Of a DNA stretch of 64,000 bases, positions 27,686-35,882 are shown piece by piece. The position numbers were made by a program, and so were the translations under genes. The notes under the pieces are model-generated. The model was not told the origin of the DNA, did not search any database, and was given only the letters and a program-made list of their open reading frames with translations. Origin of the DNA: an uncultured Flavobacteriales bacterium. GTDB lineage: Bacteria; Bacteroidota; Bacteroidia; Flavobacteriales_G; NORP312. The stretch's first letter is position 1, and each line of letters opens with the position of its first letter. The DNA is taken from positions 3,949 through 67,948 of the forward strand of contig CAJQPE010000025.1 of assembly GCA_905480125.1 (NCBI GenBank), in the 5' to 3' direction.

Positions 27686-30082
27686 ATGGCGATAGGATTA
27701 CGAATAATTTCATTATTTACTTTAATTCTAGCTGCATCCTATAGCCATTGTCAAATGACAGTATCAAACACCTTTCCTTATAACAACCCCGTATATTTAG
27801 TGGAAGATGTTTTAGTTGGACAAGGCGTTACAATTTCAAATGTTTCTGTAACTGGGCAAAGTGCACAAATCGGATATTTTGATGGAACAAATTCCAATAT
27901 CGGTTTAGATGCGGGAGTTGTTCTTTCCACAGGCGACATTTTCGACATCCCTAACACTGGAAATCCAAATCCAATGCTTGTATCTGGACCAGGCGATCCA
28001 GATTTGTTGACAATTGCCCAATCGGTTGCGTCTAATCCCTCCGCCGTGAATATCAACGCTACTAATGACGCTGCCGTGCTAGAATTTGACTTTGTTCCTA
28101 CTGGAGATACCGTTCGATTTAATTTTGTTTTTGCTTCTAATGAATATACTACCTGGATAAATTCAGTTTACAATGATGCTTTCGGGTTTTTTGTTAGTGG
28201 TCCTGGGTTTATGGGCCCATATATGTCGCCAGCAACATTCCCAAATGGAGCAGAAAACTTAGCTTTTGTTCCTGGAACAACTACTCCTATTACCATCAGT
28301 ACGATCTACAGCGATCCTTTTCAGACTCCACCCACCATGAATGACCAATATTATTTAGACAATGCTAGTGGGTTTAATTTTAATGGATTTACCACGCAAA
28401 TCGAAATAATATTTGCTGTTCAATGTGGTCAAACCTATCATTTCAAATTTGCTGTAGCAGATGGACAGGACGGGGCCTTAGACACTGGCGTATTTTTAGA
28501 AGCTGAGAGTTTTTCATCGGACGACATTGAAATTGCACTATCAACTGGGACAACTTCTCTAGGTTCAGATTCAACAATTGTTGAAGGGTGTACTGAAGCC
28601 ATTTTTACATTTATTAGGGCCGATACAACAGATACTTTGGTAATTCATTTTACATCTAGCGGAAACGCAATAGAGGGATTAGATTTCGACACAATCGGTG
28701 ATAGTTTAGTCTTTTATCCGGGGATAGATTCAATTGCCCTAGTAATAACACCAATAGCTGACGGAATTGCTGAGGGACAAGATACAATCCGATTATCGGT
28801 GTTAAAAATTACTCCCTGCGGGGATTCAGTATACGTTGAGGGAGTCGTTTACATTATGGAAGACTATAATGTTCAAGTCAATACAGATTCTCTATCACTT
28901 AATTGTCCAGGTGATTCAGTCGCCTTGATAGCCGTTGGATCCAGCGGCATACCCGAATTTGCTTACCTATGGGAAACAGGTGAAACCAATGACACCATAT
29001 GGGTAAACCCTACCTTCGGGCAATTTTACACAATTACTGTCACCGATAGTTGCGCAATTTCAACTGTGGTGGATAGCTTTGTAGTCACCGTTCCATATTA
29101 TCAACCCTTACAGGTTTTTGCTGCCGACACGAGTTTAACCTGTCCAGGAGATCAGGTATCTATTTCAGCATTGGTTACTGGTGGTATCTCCGGATATTCT
29201 TACACCTGGAGCCCTTCATCAACTGACACTTCCGTAATAAACGTAAGCCCAAATACGACAACAGACTACACAATAATTGTTACAGACCAATGCAATAATA
29301 TTGAAGACACTGTAATAACTGTTTCCGTTCCAAATCTACAACCACTAGAAGTTTTACCGACTCAATTCGGCACATTAGCTTGTTTAGGAGACGCCTTAGT
29401 TTTAAATGCAGGTACTCAGGGAGGTTCTAGGCACGGTTTAACTTATAACTGGGGTCATGACGGCACCCTTAATGATAGCAGCACAACAGTTATCATTTCG
29501 TCCGATACAGTGTTCACAGTTACTATATCCGATGGTTGTGGAGATTTTGCTGCTGGAGCTTTTAACCCATCAGTTCCTTTGTATAGTTCTGTTGTTGCAA
29601 TAAATCCAATTTACTATTTAATTTGTGAAGGAGATTCATTAGAATTTAACGGCTCTGCATCTGGTGGGGCTGGAACCTACAATTATCTCTGGCGCGGAGA
29701 CGGTTATATCGAAGATGATGAAAACAATAAAACAATAGCGGCTCCCTCTAACGAACTAGGCTTTGCTTTTTCTGCGATAGACCAATGTGGAAATGGAGAT
29801 ACACTTGAAGTAACTATCGAATTTGATGAGTGCGAAGTTATTGCTCCTATTGTCTTCACTCCGAATGGAGATCAATATAACAATCAATTAAAGTTTACCA
29901 ACTTAGAAAAACATCCAAATAGTAGAATTATGATATACAACCGTTGGGGTACAAAAATATATGAATCAGAAAACTACTTAAACAACTGGACTGGAGGAAA
30001 TCAGGGCGATGGAGTTTATTATTATGTACTTTATGTTTCCAATGGTCAAGAACTAAACAGTTATTTCCACATACTTAGATAA
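27686..30082 (+). CDS. Paralogous surface protein: choice-of-anchor-L head, Calx-beta-like, Cys-bracketed repeats, T9SS type B sorting domain
   Basis: Seen: head GLDAGVVLSTGD...DAAVLEFDFVPTGDTVRFNFVFASNEYTTWINSVYNDAFGFFVSGPGF...YHFKFAVADGQDGALDTGVFLEAESF. Calx-beta-like SGNAIEGLDFDTIGDSLVFYPGIDSIALVITPIADG. Repeats CPGD...GG...Y.W...T.Y.I.VTD.C. CTD VIAPIVFTPNGDQYNNQL...IYNRWGTKIY...WTG...GVYYYVL. Starts 7 nt after the previous gene. Confidence 0.9.
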   Translation: MAIGLRIISLFTLILAASYSHCQMTVSNTFPYNNPVYLVEDVLVGQGVTISNVSVTGQSAQIGYFDGTNSNIGLDAGVVLSTGDIFDIPNTGNPNPMLVSGPGDPDLLTIAQSVASNPSAVNINATNDAAVLEFDFVPTGDTVRFNFVFASNEYTTWINSVYNDAFGFFVSGPGFMGPYMSPATFPNGAENLAFVPGTTTPITISTIYSDPFQTPPTMNDQYYLDNASGFNFNGFTTQIEIIFAVQCGQTYHFKFAVADGQDGALDTGVFLEAESFSSDDIEIALSTGTTSLGSDSTIVEGCTEAIFTFIRADTTDTLVIHFTSSGNAIEGLDFDTIGDSLVFYPGIDSIALVITPIADGIAEGQDTIRLSVLKITPCGDSVYVEGVVYIMEDYNVQVNTDSLSLNCPGDSVALIAVGSSGIPEFAYLWETGETNDTIWVNPTFGQFYTITVTDSCAISTVVDSFVVTVPYYQPLQVFAADTSLTCPGDQVSISALVTGGISGYSYTWSPSSTDTSVINVSPNTTTDYTIIVTDQCNNIEDTVITVSVPNLQPLEVLPTQFGTLACLGDALVLNAGTQGGSRHGLTYNWGHDGTLNDSSTTVIISSDTVFTVTISDGCGDFAAGAFNPSVPLYSSVVAINPIYYLICEGDSLEFNGSASGGAGTYNYLWRGDGYIEDDENNKTIAAPSNELGFAFSAIDQCGNGDTLEVTIEFDECEVIAPIVFTPNGDQYNNQLKFTNLEKHPNSRIMIYNRWGTKIYESENYLNNWTGGNQGDGVYYYVLYVSNGQELNSYFHILR

Positions 30083-30122
30083 AAAGAAAAATTTACTTTT
30101 ACGCATATAAAATTTTATAACT

Positions 30123-30515
30123 ATGTTAAAACAGATAATAGTATTTACTTCAATTTCACTTCTCTCATCTTTGGGTTTTTCACAAGAAAAATTTGACCAA
30201 AGATTATTAGAAAAATACAATGTAGAGCAACTCTCTAAAATACAAAGAGAAAATCCTTCTGATTTAGAATTTCTTACTTTTTGTCTAGATAATGCTTTCT
30301 ACATTGCAAAACATGATCCTGCTAAAGACAACAAAGATTTAATAAGAATAAAAATAGCCGATATCGACAACATTAACTTCGCAAGTTTAGGGATAGATTT
30401 ACAAGAAAAAAACTATCAATATTTTTTAATTGAAGGGTTGGATAAACTATTGGTTCTGAGATCTATTGAACACATTAAAAAAGATATGAATATTAAAAAG
30501 GACACGAATAAATGA
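30123..30515 (+). CDS. Small secreted protein (130 aa), unknown function
   Basis: Seen: signal peptide MLKQIIVFTSISLLSSLGFSQ, a helical-looking charged body, and a stop overlapping the next ATG (ATGA at 30512-30515). No family recognised. Confidence 0.7.
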   Translation: MLKQIIVFTSISLLSSLGFSQEKFDQRLLEKYNVEQLSKIQRENPSDLEFLTFCLDNAFYIAKHDPAKDNKDLIRIKIADIDNINFASLGIDLQEKNYQYFLIEGLDKLLVLRSIEHIKKDMNIKKDTNK

Positions 30516-33445
30516 AATATTTATCAGCCCTTATCCTACTCTTTAGCTTTTCGTGTAATGTGATTTATGGTCAAACGACTTTAATGATGAATGGAACTGA
30601 ATATCCTATATCTTCGCCTGTAGATTGTAATAACCTGGGAGCACCCGACAATGTTAATTTCTTTGACATGAGTGGTGGTGGCCCTGGCACGCCATATCTT
30701 AGTAGTGACAGAGATACATTTACAGTTTGTCCTGATTTAGCAGTTGGAAGTAAAATTACTGCTGCATTTTCAACCTCTGCTGGATTTACATGGGATGTGC
30801 ATAGCTCCGACACCTTATATGTTTTTGATGGGGCGAGCGTTTTTGATTCATTAATGGGGAAATACAATAGTAACTCTCATCCAAATGGATTTAATCAAAC
30901 GGCCTCATGGGATAATCCAAATGGTTGTTTAACCTTTATGTTTATAACAAGTAATGTAGATACCGCAGATGGTTGGGAGGCAAATATTTCATGTAGAAAT
31001 CCACAGCAACCATTTGTTGCGCACCTTGAAGGATATAAGAATTTCGATTATGCAGATACATTATACCCTCCTGATAGCGGAATCATTGACATTTGTCTCG
31101 GAGACTCCATTTTGTTTGTTGCTAACCCTGAATTTCCGTATGCTTTAGAAGTTACTGGAACTGGTTATTCTCAAACCACGGCTAACTCAATTATCGAATG
31201 GGAGTTCTCTGATGGTACTTCACAAACTGGAGACAGCGTTTGGTTTACACCTCCTAGTCAACAAGGTTATTTAGCCACCCTTAAAATTACCGATGCATTC
31301 CCCTCCTCAGAATACCTAGTCGGTCTGATTAGAGTCTCCACACAACCTTCGTTTTCAGAAATATTTGCTGAAACTGACTCAATATGTATTGGCGATACTA
31401 CATTTATGTTCGGTGGTGTTACAGCTGCCGATACTGTTGGGGTCTCTGGTACTTCTAGTGCATTCGCAGTCGGTGGTTCCTTTGCTGGAATAACATACCT
31501 GCCAGATGGCAATGGAGTTTCTTACTCAACATCAATAGACATTACGGGATTTATCCCGGGAGATACGGTAAGTCAATCAAGTGATATTTGGCAAATGTGT
31601 GCTACTATGGAACACACTTATTTAGGTGATTTAGAAATGTATTTAGAATGCCCTAACGGAAGTATAATAAACATCTTTGATGGATATAATGGGGTTGGAG
31701 GTTATGGCGGCAATGGATTTGGAGGCGGTGGTACCTTCTTAGGTGATGCTGATGATAATGCGGGAATTGGAATTGGTTGGGAATATTGCTTCTCAACAGA
31801 TAGCGCAGACTGGGGAGATTTCCCAACAGAACATGGCATCAACAATACTCTACCAACAACAATTTCGAATGGAAACGCAATGAACCCAAACGGAATATAC
31901 TTACCTGAACAATCTTTTGCTGATTTAATTGGCTGCCCTGTAAATGGGACATGGACCATATATATTCAAGACAATATAGGCCAAGATGACGGATATATTT
32001 TCGAATGGGGCTTATATTTTAACCCAGTCTTAAACCCATATAGTGGCTCTTATCAACCCCTTATGGTTGCGGATACATGGTTAGCTGATCCAACTATTAT
32101 TTCAGGTCAGAATGATACGGGAATTACTATCTATGGTGCAAGTCAAGGCATTCATCCATATACATATCAAGTACTTGATAATTTTGGCTGTGTTTATGAT
32201 ACAACAATTAATCTTACTGTTGCGCCAACTCCTATTTTAGTGCTAGCAGCATCAGATGATTCGATTCAGTGTATTGGCGATTCGATTGTTCTTTCATTAA
32301 CTGGAAGTAGTGCCGTTGCTCCATACACTTACGATTGGAACACAGGCTATTCTCACCAAAATGATGAGTATATTGTGTATCCTCAAGGTGGAGCTATTCT
32401 AATTGTTACGTTAACTGACTTTTGCGGAACTCCTATTTCTGATTCAATCGAACTATTTTCTCCATATGAGCCACTTCAGTTAACGATGATGGATGATACG
32501 ATTACTTGCCCAAGTGATGGTATTGTTGTGTCTTCATTTCCGTCTGATGGTGCATTACCATTGATATATGAATGGAACACAAATGAAACAACGAACACGA
32601 TAAACGTAACACCGGCTTCTACAACAACCTATACTGTTACCGTGACAGACCAATGTGGCGAAGCTATTATTGGAACAAGTACAATTGAGGTGCCTAATTT
32701 GAGTGCTATGAACATTGCACCTGAAGTTAATGGTGATATAATATGTTCGGGTGATAACAAACAACTTATTGCCAACATTATTAATGGTGCTGGCTTTGGA
32801 TTGACCTACACTTGGAGTAATGACGCATCAATATCAGACTCTAGCATGTTGATAACGATTAATTCAGATACTATTGTATCTGTTTCGGTAACTGATGGAT
32901 GCGGATTTACAGCTAATCATACGTTCTCAATCGCTGTTCCTACATATAACGATGTAACGTTATTTCCTCTGCCAGATTACATAATTTGTGAAGGTGATAC
33001 CGTGGATGCTATTGGAAGTGTAACTGGAGGGACAGGTATTTATACGTTTAAATGGGAAGGAAGTGGTTTAATTAGTAATGCGACTGATTTATCAACGCAA
33101 TTAACACCAACAGACCAATTAGGTTATTCATTGGTTGCCACTGACGAATGTGGATTAAATGCTAGTACAAACATTGAGATACTATTTGATGATTGTTCAG
33201 TTATTGCTCCACTAATTTTCACTCCCAACGGTGACGCATACAACCAACATTTACATTTCTTTAATTTAGAAAAATGGCCCTATAATAACCTAACTATTTA
33301 TGATAGATGGGGACGGAAATTGTATGACTCCAATTACAGAAACGATTGGACTGGTGACGGTCACAATGATGGTGTTTACTATTATGTGCTGACCTTAGCT
33401 GCTGCTGAAGAACCACTAACTGGCTACTTTCATCTAGCTAGATAA
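30512..33445 (+). CDS. Surface protein: CUB-like + PKD-like + proprotein-convertase P-domain-like head, Cys-bracketed repeats, T9SS type B sorting domain
   Basis: Seen: signal peptide ...CNVIYGQ. CUB-like FTVCPD...DTLYVFDGASVFDSLMGKYNS...CLTFMFITSNVDTADGWEANISC. PKD-like IIEWEFSDGTSQTGDSVWFTPPSQQGYLATLKITDA. P-domain-like CATMEHTYLGDLEMYLECPNGSIINIF...CPVNGTWTIYIQDNIGQDDGYIFEWGLYF. CTD VIAPLIFTPNGDAYNQHL...IYDRWGRKLY...WTGDG...GVYYYVL. Domain names come from recalled family patterns, not from a search. Confidence 0.9.
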   Translation: MKYLSALILLFSFSCNVIYGQTTLMMNGTEYPISSPVDCNNLGAPDNVNFFDMSGGGPGTPYLSSDRDTFTVCPDLAVGSKITAAFSTSAGFTWDVHSSDTLYVFDGASVFDSLMGKYNSNSHPNGFNQTASWDNPNGCLTFMFITSNVDTADGWEANISCRNPQQPFVAHLEGYKNFDYADTLYPPDSGIIDICLGDSILFVANPEFPYALEVTGTGYSQTTANSIIEWEFSDGTSQTGDSVWFTPPSQQGYLATLKITDAFPSSEYLVGLIRVSTQPSFSEIFAETDSICIGDTTFMFGGVTAADTVGVSGTSSAFAVGGSFAGITYLPDGNGVSYSTSIDITGFIPGDTVSQSSDIWQMCATMEHTYLGDLEMYLECPNGSIINIFDGYNGVGGYGGNGFGGGGTFLGDADDNAGIGIGWEYCFSTDSADWGDFPTEHGINNTLPTTISNGNAMNPNGIYLPEQSFADLIGCPVNGTWTIYIQDNIGQDDGYIFEWGLYFNPVLNPYSGSYQPLMVADTWLADPTIISGQNDTGITIYGASQGIHPYTYQVLDNFGCVYDTTINLTVAPTPILVLAASDDSIQCIGDSIVLSLTGSSAVAPYTYDWNTGYSHQNDEYIVYPQGGAILIVTLTDFCGTPISDSIELFSPYEPLQLTMMDDTITCPSDGIVVSSFPSDGALPLIYEWNTNETTNTINVTPASTTTYTVTVTDQCGEAIIGTSTIEVPNLSAMNIAPEVNGDIICSGDNKQLIANIINGAGFGLTYTWSNDASISDSSMLITINSDTIVSVSVTDGCGFTANHTFSIAVPTYNDVTLFPLPDYIICEGDTVDAIGSVTGGTGIYTFKWEGSGLISNATDLSTQLTPTDQLGYSLVATDECGLNASTNIEILFDDCSVIAPLIFTPNGDAYNQHLHFFNLEKWPYNNLTIYDRWGRKLYDSNYRNDWTGDGHNDGVYYYVLTLAAAEEPLTGYFHLAR

Positions 33446-34958
33446 GAGATTTTCCCGTCATTTCAGCGGGTTGGTGTACTTCTAAAATACTTAATAATGT
33501 AGGGGCTACATCAGCCAATATTCCATTCTGTATTGACGTATAAGTACTGTCAATCAAAATGCATGGAACGGGGTTTGTACTATGTGCGGTATTTGGAGAA
33601 CCATCAGGGTTAATTACAAAATCGGCATTACCATGGTCGGCAATAATGATAAATGAATAGTCATTTGAAACACCCGATTCAACTACTTTTTGGGCACAAG
33701 AATCGATTGTTTCTACCGCTTTTATGATTGCAGAATAAACTCCTGTATGTCCTACCATATCCGGATTAGCAAAATTGAGACAAACAAAATCGGTTTCTCC
33801 TTTTTCTAACTCCGCTACAATGGTAGCGGTAACTCCTGGGGCGCTCATCTCTGGTTGTAAATCGTAAGTACCCACCTTAGGCGAGCTTACCATCAATCGT
33901 TTTTCGCCCGTAAATTCTTCTTCTCTACCTCCCGAAAAGAAAAAAGTAACGTGCGGGTACTTTTCAGTTTCAGCAATTCTTATTTGATTTTTACCTGCGT
34001 TTTGCAACACTTCGCCTATCGTCATTTTGAGGTTGTCTTTCTCAAATAGCACATTTACATTCTTATACGATCTATCGTAATTAGTCATGGTAACATAATG
34101 CAAAGGAATGGCACGCATACCCTGGTCAGGGAAGTCCTGCTGTGTAAGCGCCATTGTAATTTCTCGGCAACGGTCGGTTCTATAATTAAAACAAACAACC
34201 ACGTCGTTTTCTTCAATTCTACCAATAGCATTACCCCTTGCATCAACCTTAACAACGGGTTCTACAAACTCATCTGTTACGTTATTCTCATAAGAAGCAT
34301 GCATTGCATCTACCAAATTGGTAGAACGTTGGCCTACTCCATTTACTAGTAAATCGTACCCTCTTTTAACACGCTCCCATCGTTTATCACGATCCATAGC
34401 GTAGTAACGACCAATTACCGAAACCAACTCTAAAGATGTACCTGCAATATGCTGTTCTAGCCTTCTTAGAAAACCCAATCCACTTTTAGGGTCGCAATCT
34501 CTACCATCTGTAAAGGCATGTATAAACACCTTTTCCACACCGTGTTGATTAGCAATATCGCATAAGGCATGCAAATGTTCTTGCGATGAATGTACGCCTC
34601 CGTTAGATACTAATCCAAAATAATGCAACGCTCTACCAGTGATCTTCGCCTTATTAATTGCTTCCATCAAAACTGGATTTTGATGAAGTTCTTTACTCTC
34701 TAATGCCCGGTTAATCTTCAATAAATCTTGATAAACAATTCTACCAGCACCAATATTTAAATGCCCTACTTCAGAATTGCCCATCTGTCCTTTTGGCAAT
34801 CCTACATTCTCCCCATCAGTTAGCAATTCACAATGTGGGTGCTTTTCGTACAGGCTATCTATAAATGGAGTATTGGCGTTGAATATCGCGTCAGATTTAG
34901 TTTTATCACCGTGGCCCCAGCCATCTAGAATCATCAACACTGCTTTTTTACTACTCAT
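33438..34958 (-). CDS. gpmI: 2,3-bisphosphoglycerate-independent phosphoglycerate mutase
   Basis: Seen: LMILDGWGHG, QMGNSEVGHLNIGAGR, GLVSNGGVHS, IIADHGNAD; 506 aa. Known: iPGM signatures. Confidence 0.95.
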   Translation of the reverse strand: MSSKKAVLMILDGWGHGDKTKSDAIFNANTPFIDSLYEKHPHCELLTDGENVGLPKGQMGNSEVGHLNIGAGRIVYQDLLKINRALESKELHQNPVLMEAINKAKITGRALHYFGLVSNGGVHSSQEHLHALCDIANQHGVEKVFIHAFTDGRDCDPKSGLGFLRRLEQHIAGTSLELVSVIGRYYAMDRDKRWERVKRGYDLLVNGVGQRSTNLVDAMHASYENNVTDEFVEPVVKVDARGNAIGRIEENDVVVCFNYRTDRCREITMALTQQDFPDQGMRAIPLHYVTMTNYDRSYKNVNVLFEKDNLKMTIGEVLQNAGKNQIRIAETEKYPHVTFFFSGGREEEFTGEKRLMVSSPKVGTYDLQPEMSAPGVTATIVAELEKGETDFVCLNFANPDMVGHTGVYSAIIKAVETIDSCAQKVVESGVSNDYSFIIIADHGNADFVINPDGSPNTAHSTNPVPCILIDSTYTSIQNGILADVAPTLLSILEVHQPAEMTGKSLI

Positions 34959-35882
34959 CTAGTCAACATTAAATTGGATAGCAAAAATACTTCCTTTAGA
35001 CGAATTATTGCTGACACTAATCACTCCGTTATGCATTTCTACTAATGTTTTCACGATATATAATCCTAAGCCTGTTCCTTTAGTTTTTCTAGTATCCTCA
35101 CTCCCTACTCTATAGAATCTTTGAAATATTCTTTCCTTTTCTTCATCAGCAATTCCCTGTCCATCGTCAGCTACTGATAATACAATCTGTTTACCCGTTT
35201 GTGTTAACGACACCAATATTTTTTCGGCACTGTACTTAATAGCATTGTCAATTAAGTTGCTTAGCGCTGTATCAATAGCCTCCGAATCGATGTTCATTTC
35301 AACATTATCATCCAAATTTGTTTCAATTAACAAATGATTCGACCTTAGCCGCGCAGCTATTTTTAGAACTAAGCTCGATACATTTACTTTTTCTTTACTC
35401 AAACTAAATGTAGAATCTTCCATTTTTGCAGCTAGCAACATCTTACCTACCAAAGAATACAAGCGCTCATTTTCGTCTAACATTGTATCTATTGCCTCCT
35501 TCTTTTTTACCTCATCCAAATCCCTTTTGAGTAAGGTTTGCAAGTAAAGCTTTATAGTAGATATAGGGGTTTTTAGCTCATGAGTTATGGATAGTAAAAA
35601 GTTTTGCTGACGCCTGGCCAATTGTATTTCTCGTCTAAACGAACGTAAAATGTATGCCGCACCTATAATGATAAGAATCAAGAAAACTACTCCCTCTCCG
35701 AAAATCATAAATAATTTATTCAGAAATTCTCTCTCGGCAAGATGACCATTATCGAATGGGGTAAGCGAAATATTTTCTTTATTTAGTTGAACTAATTGAT
35801 AAGCCCACCAGCCGAATTGAAGCAAAACATAGCAACAAAGAATATAAAAAATTGTTAAGGTTTTAGATATTCGATTTTTCAC
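34959..35882 (-). CDS. Sensor histidine kinase (two TM helices, short external loop)
   Basis: Seen: two N-terminal TM helices, H-box SITHELKTPIS, N-box NLIDNAIKYS, G-boxes DDGQGI and GTGLGLYIV. The GTG start overlaps the purD stop (GTGA), and its stop abuts the gpmI ATG. No response regulator in the window. Confidence 0.9.
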   Translation of the reverse strand: MKNRISKTLTIFYILCCYVLLQFGWWAYQLVQLNKENISLTPFDNGHLAEREFLNKLFMIFGEGVVFLILIIIGAAYILRSFRREIQLARRQQNFLLSITHELKTPISTIKLYLQTLLKRDLDEVKKKEAIDTMLDENERLYSLVGKMLLAAKMEDSTFSLSKEKVNVSSLVLKIAARLRSNHLLIETNLDDNVEMNIDSEAIDTALSNLIDNAIKYSAEKILVSLTQTGKQIVLSVADDGQGIADEEKERIFQRFYRVGSEDTRKTKGTGLGLYIVKTLVEMHNGVISVSNNSSKGSIFAIQFNVD

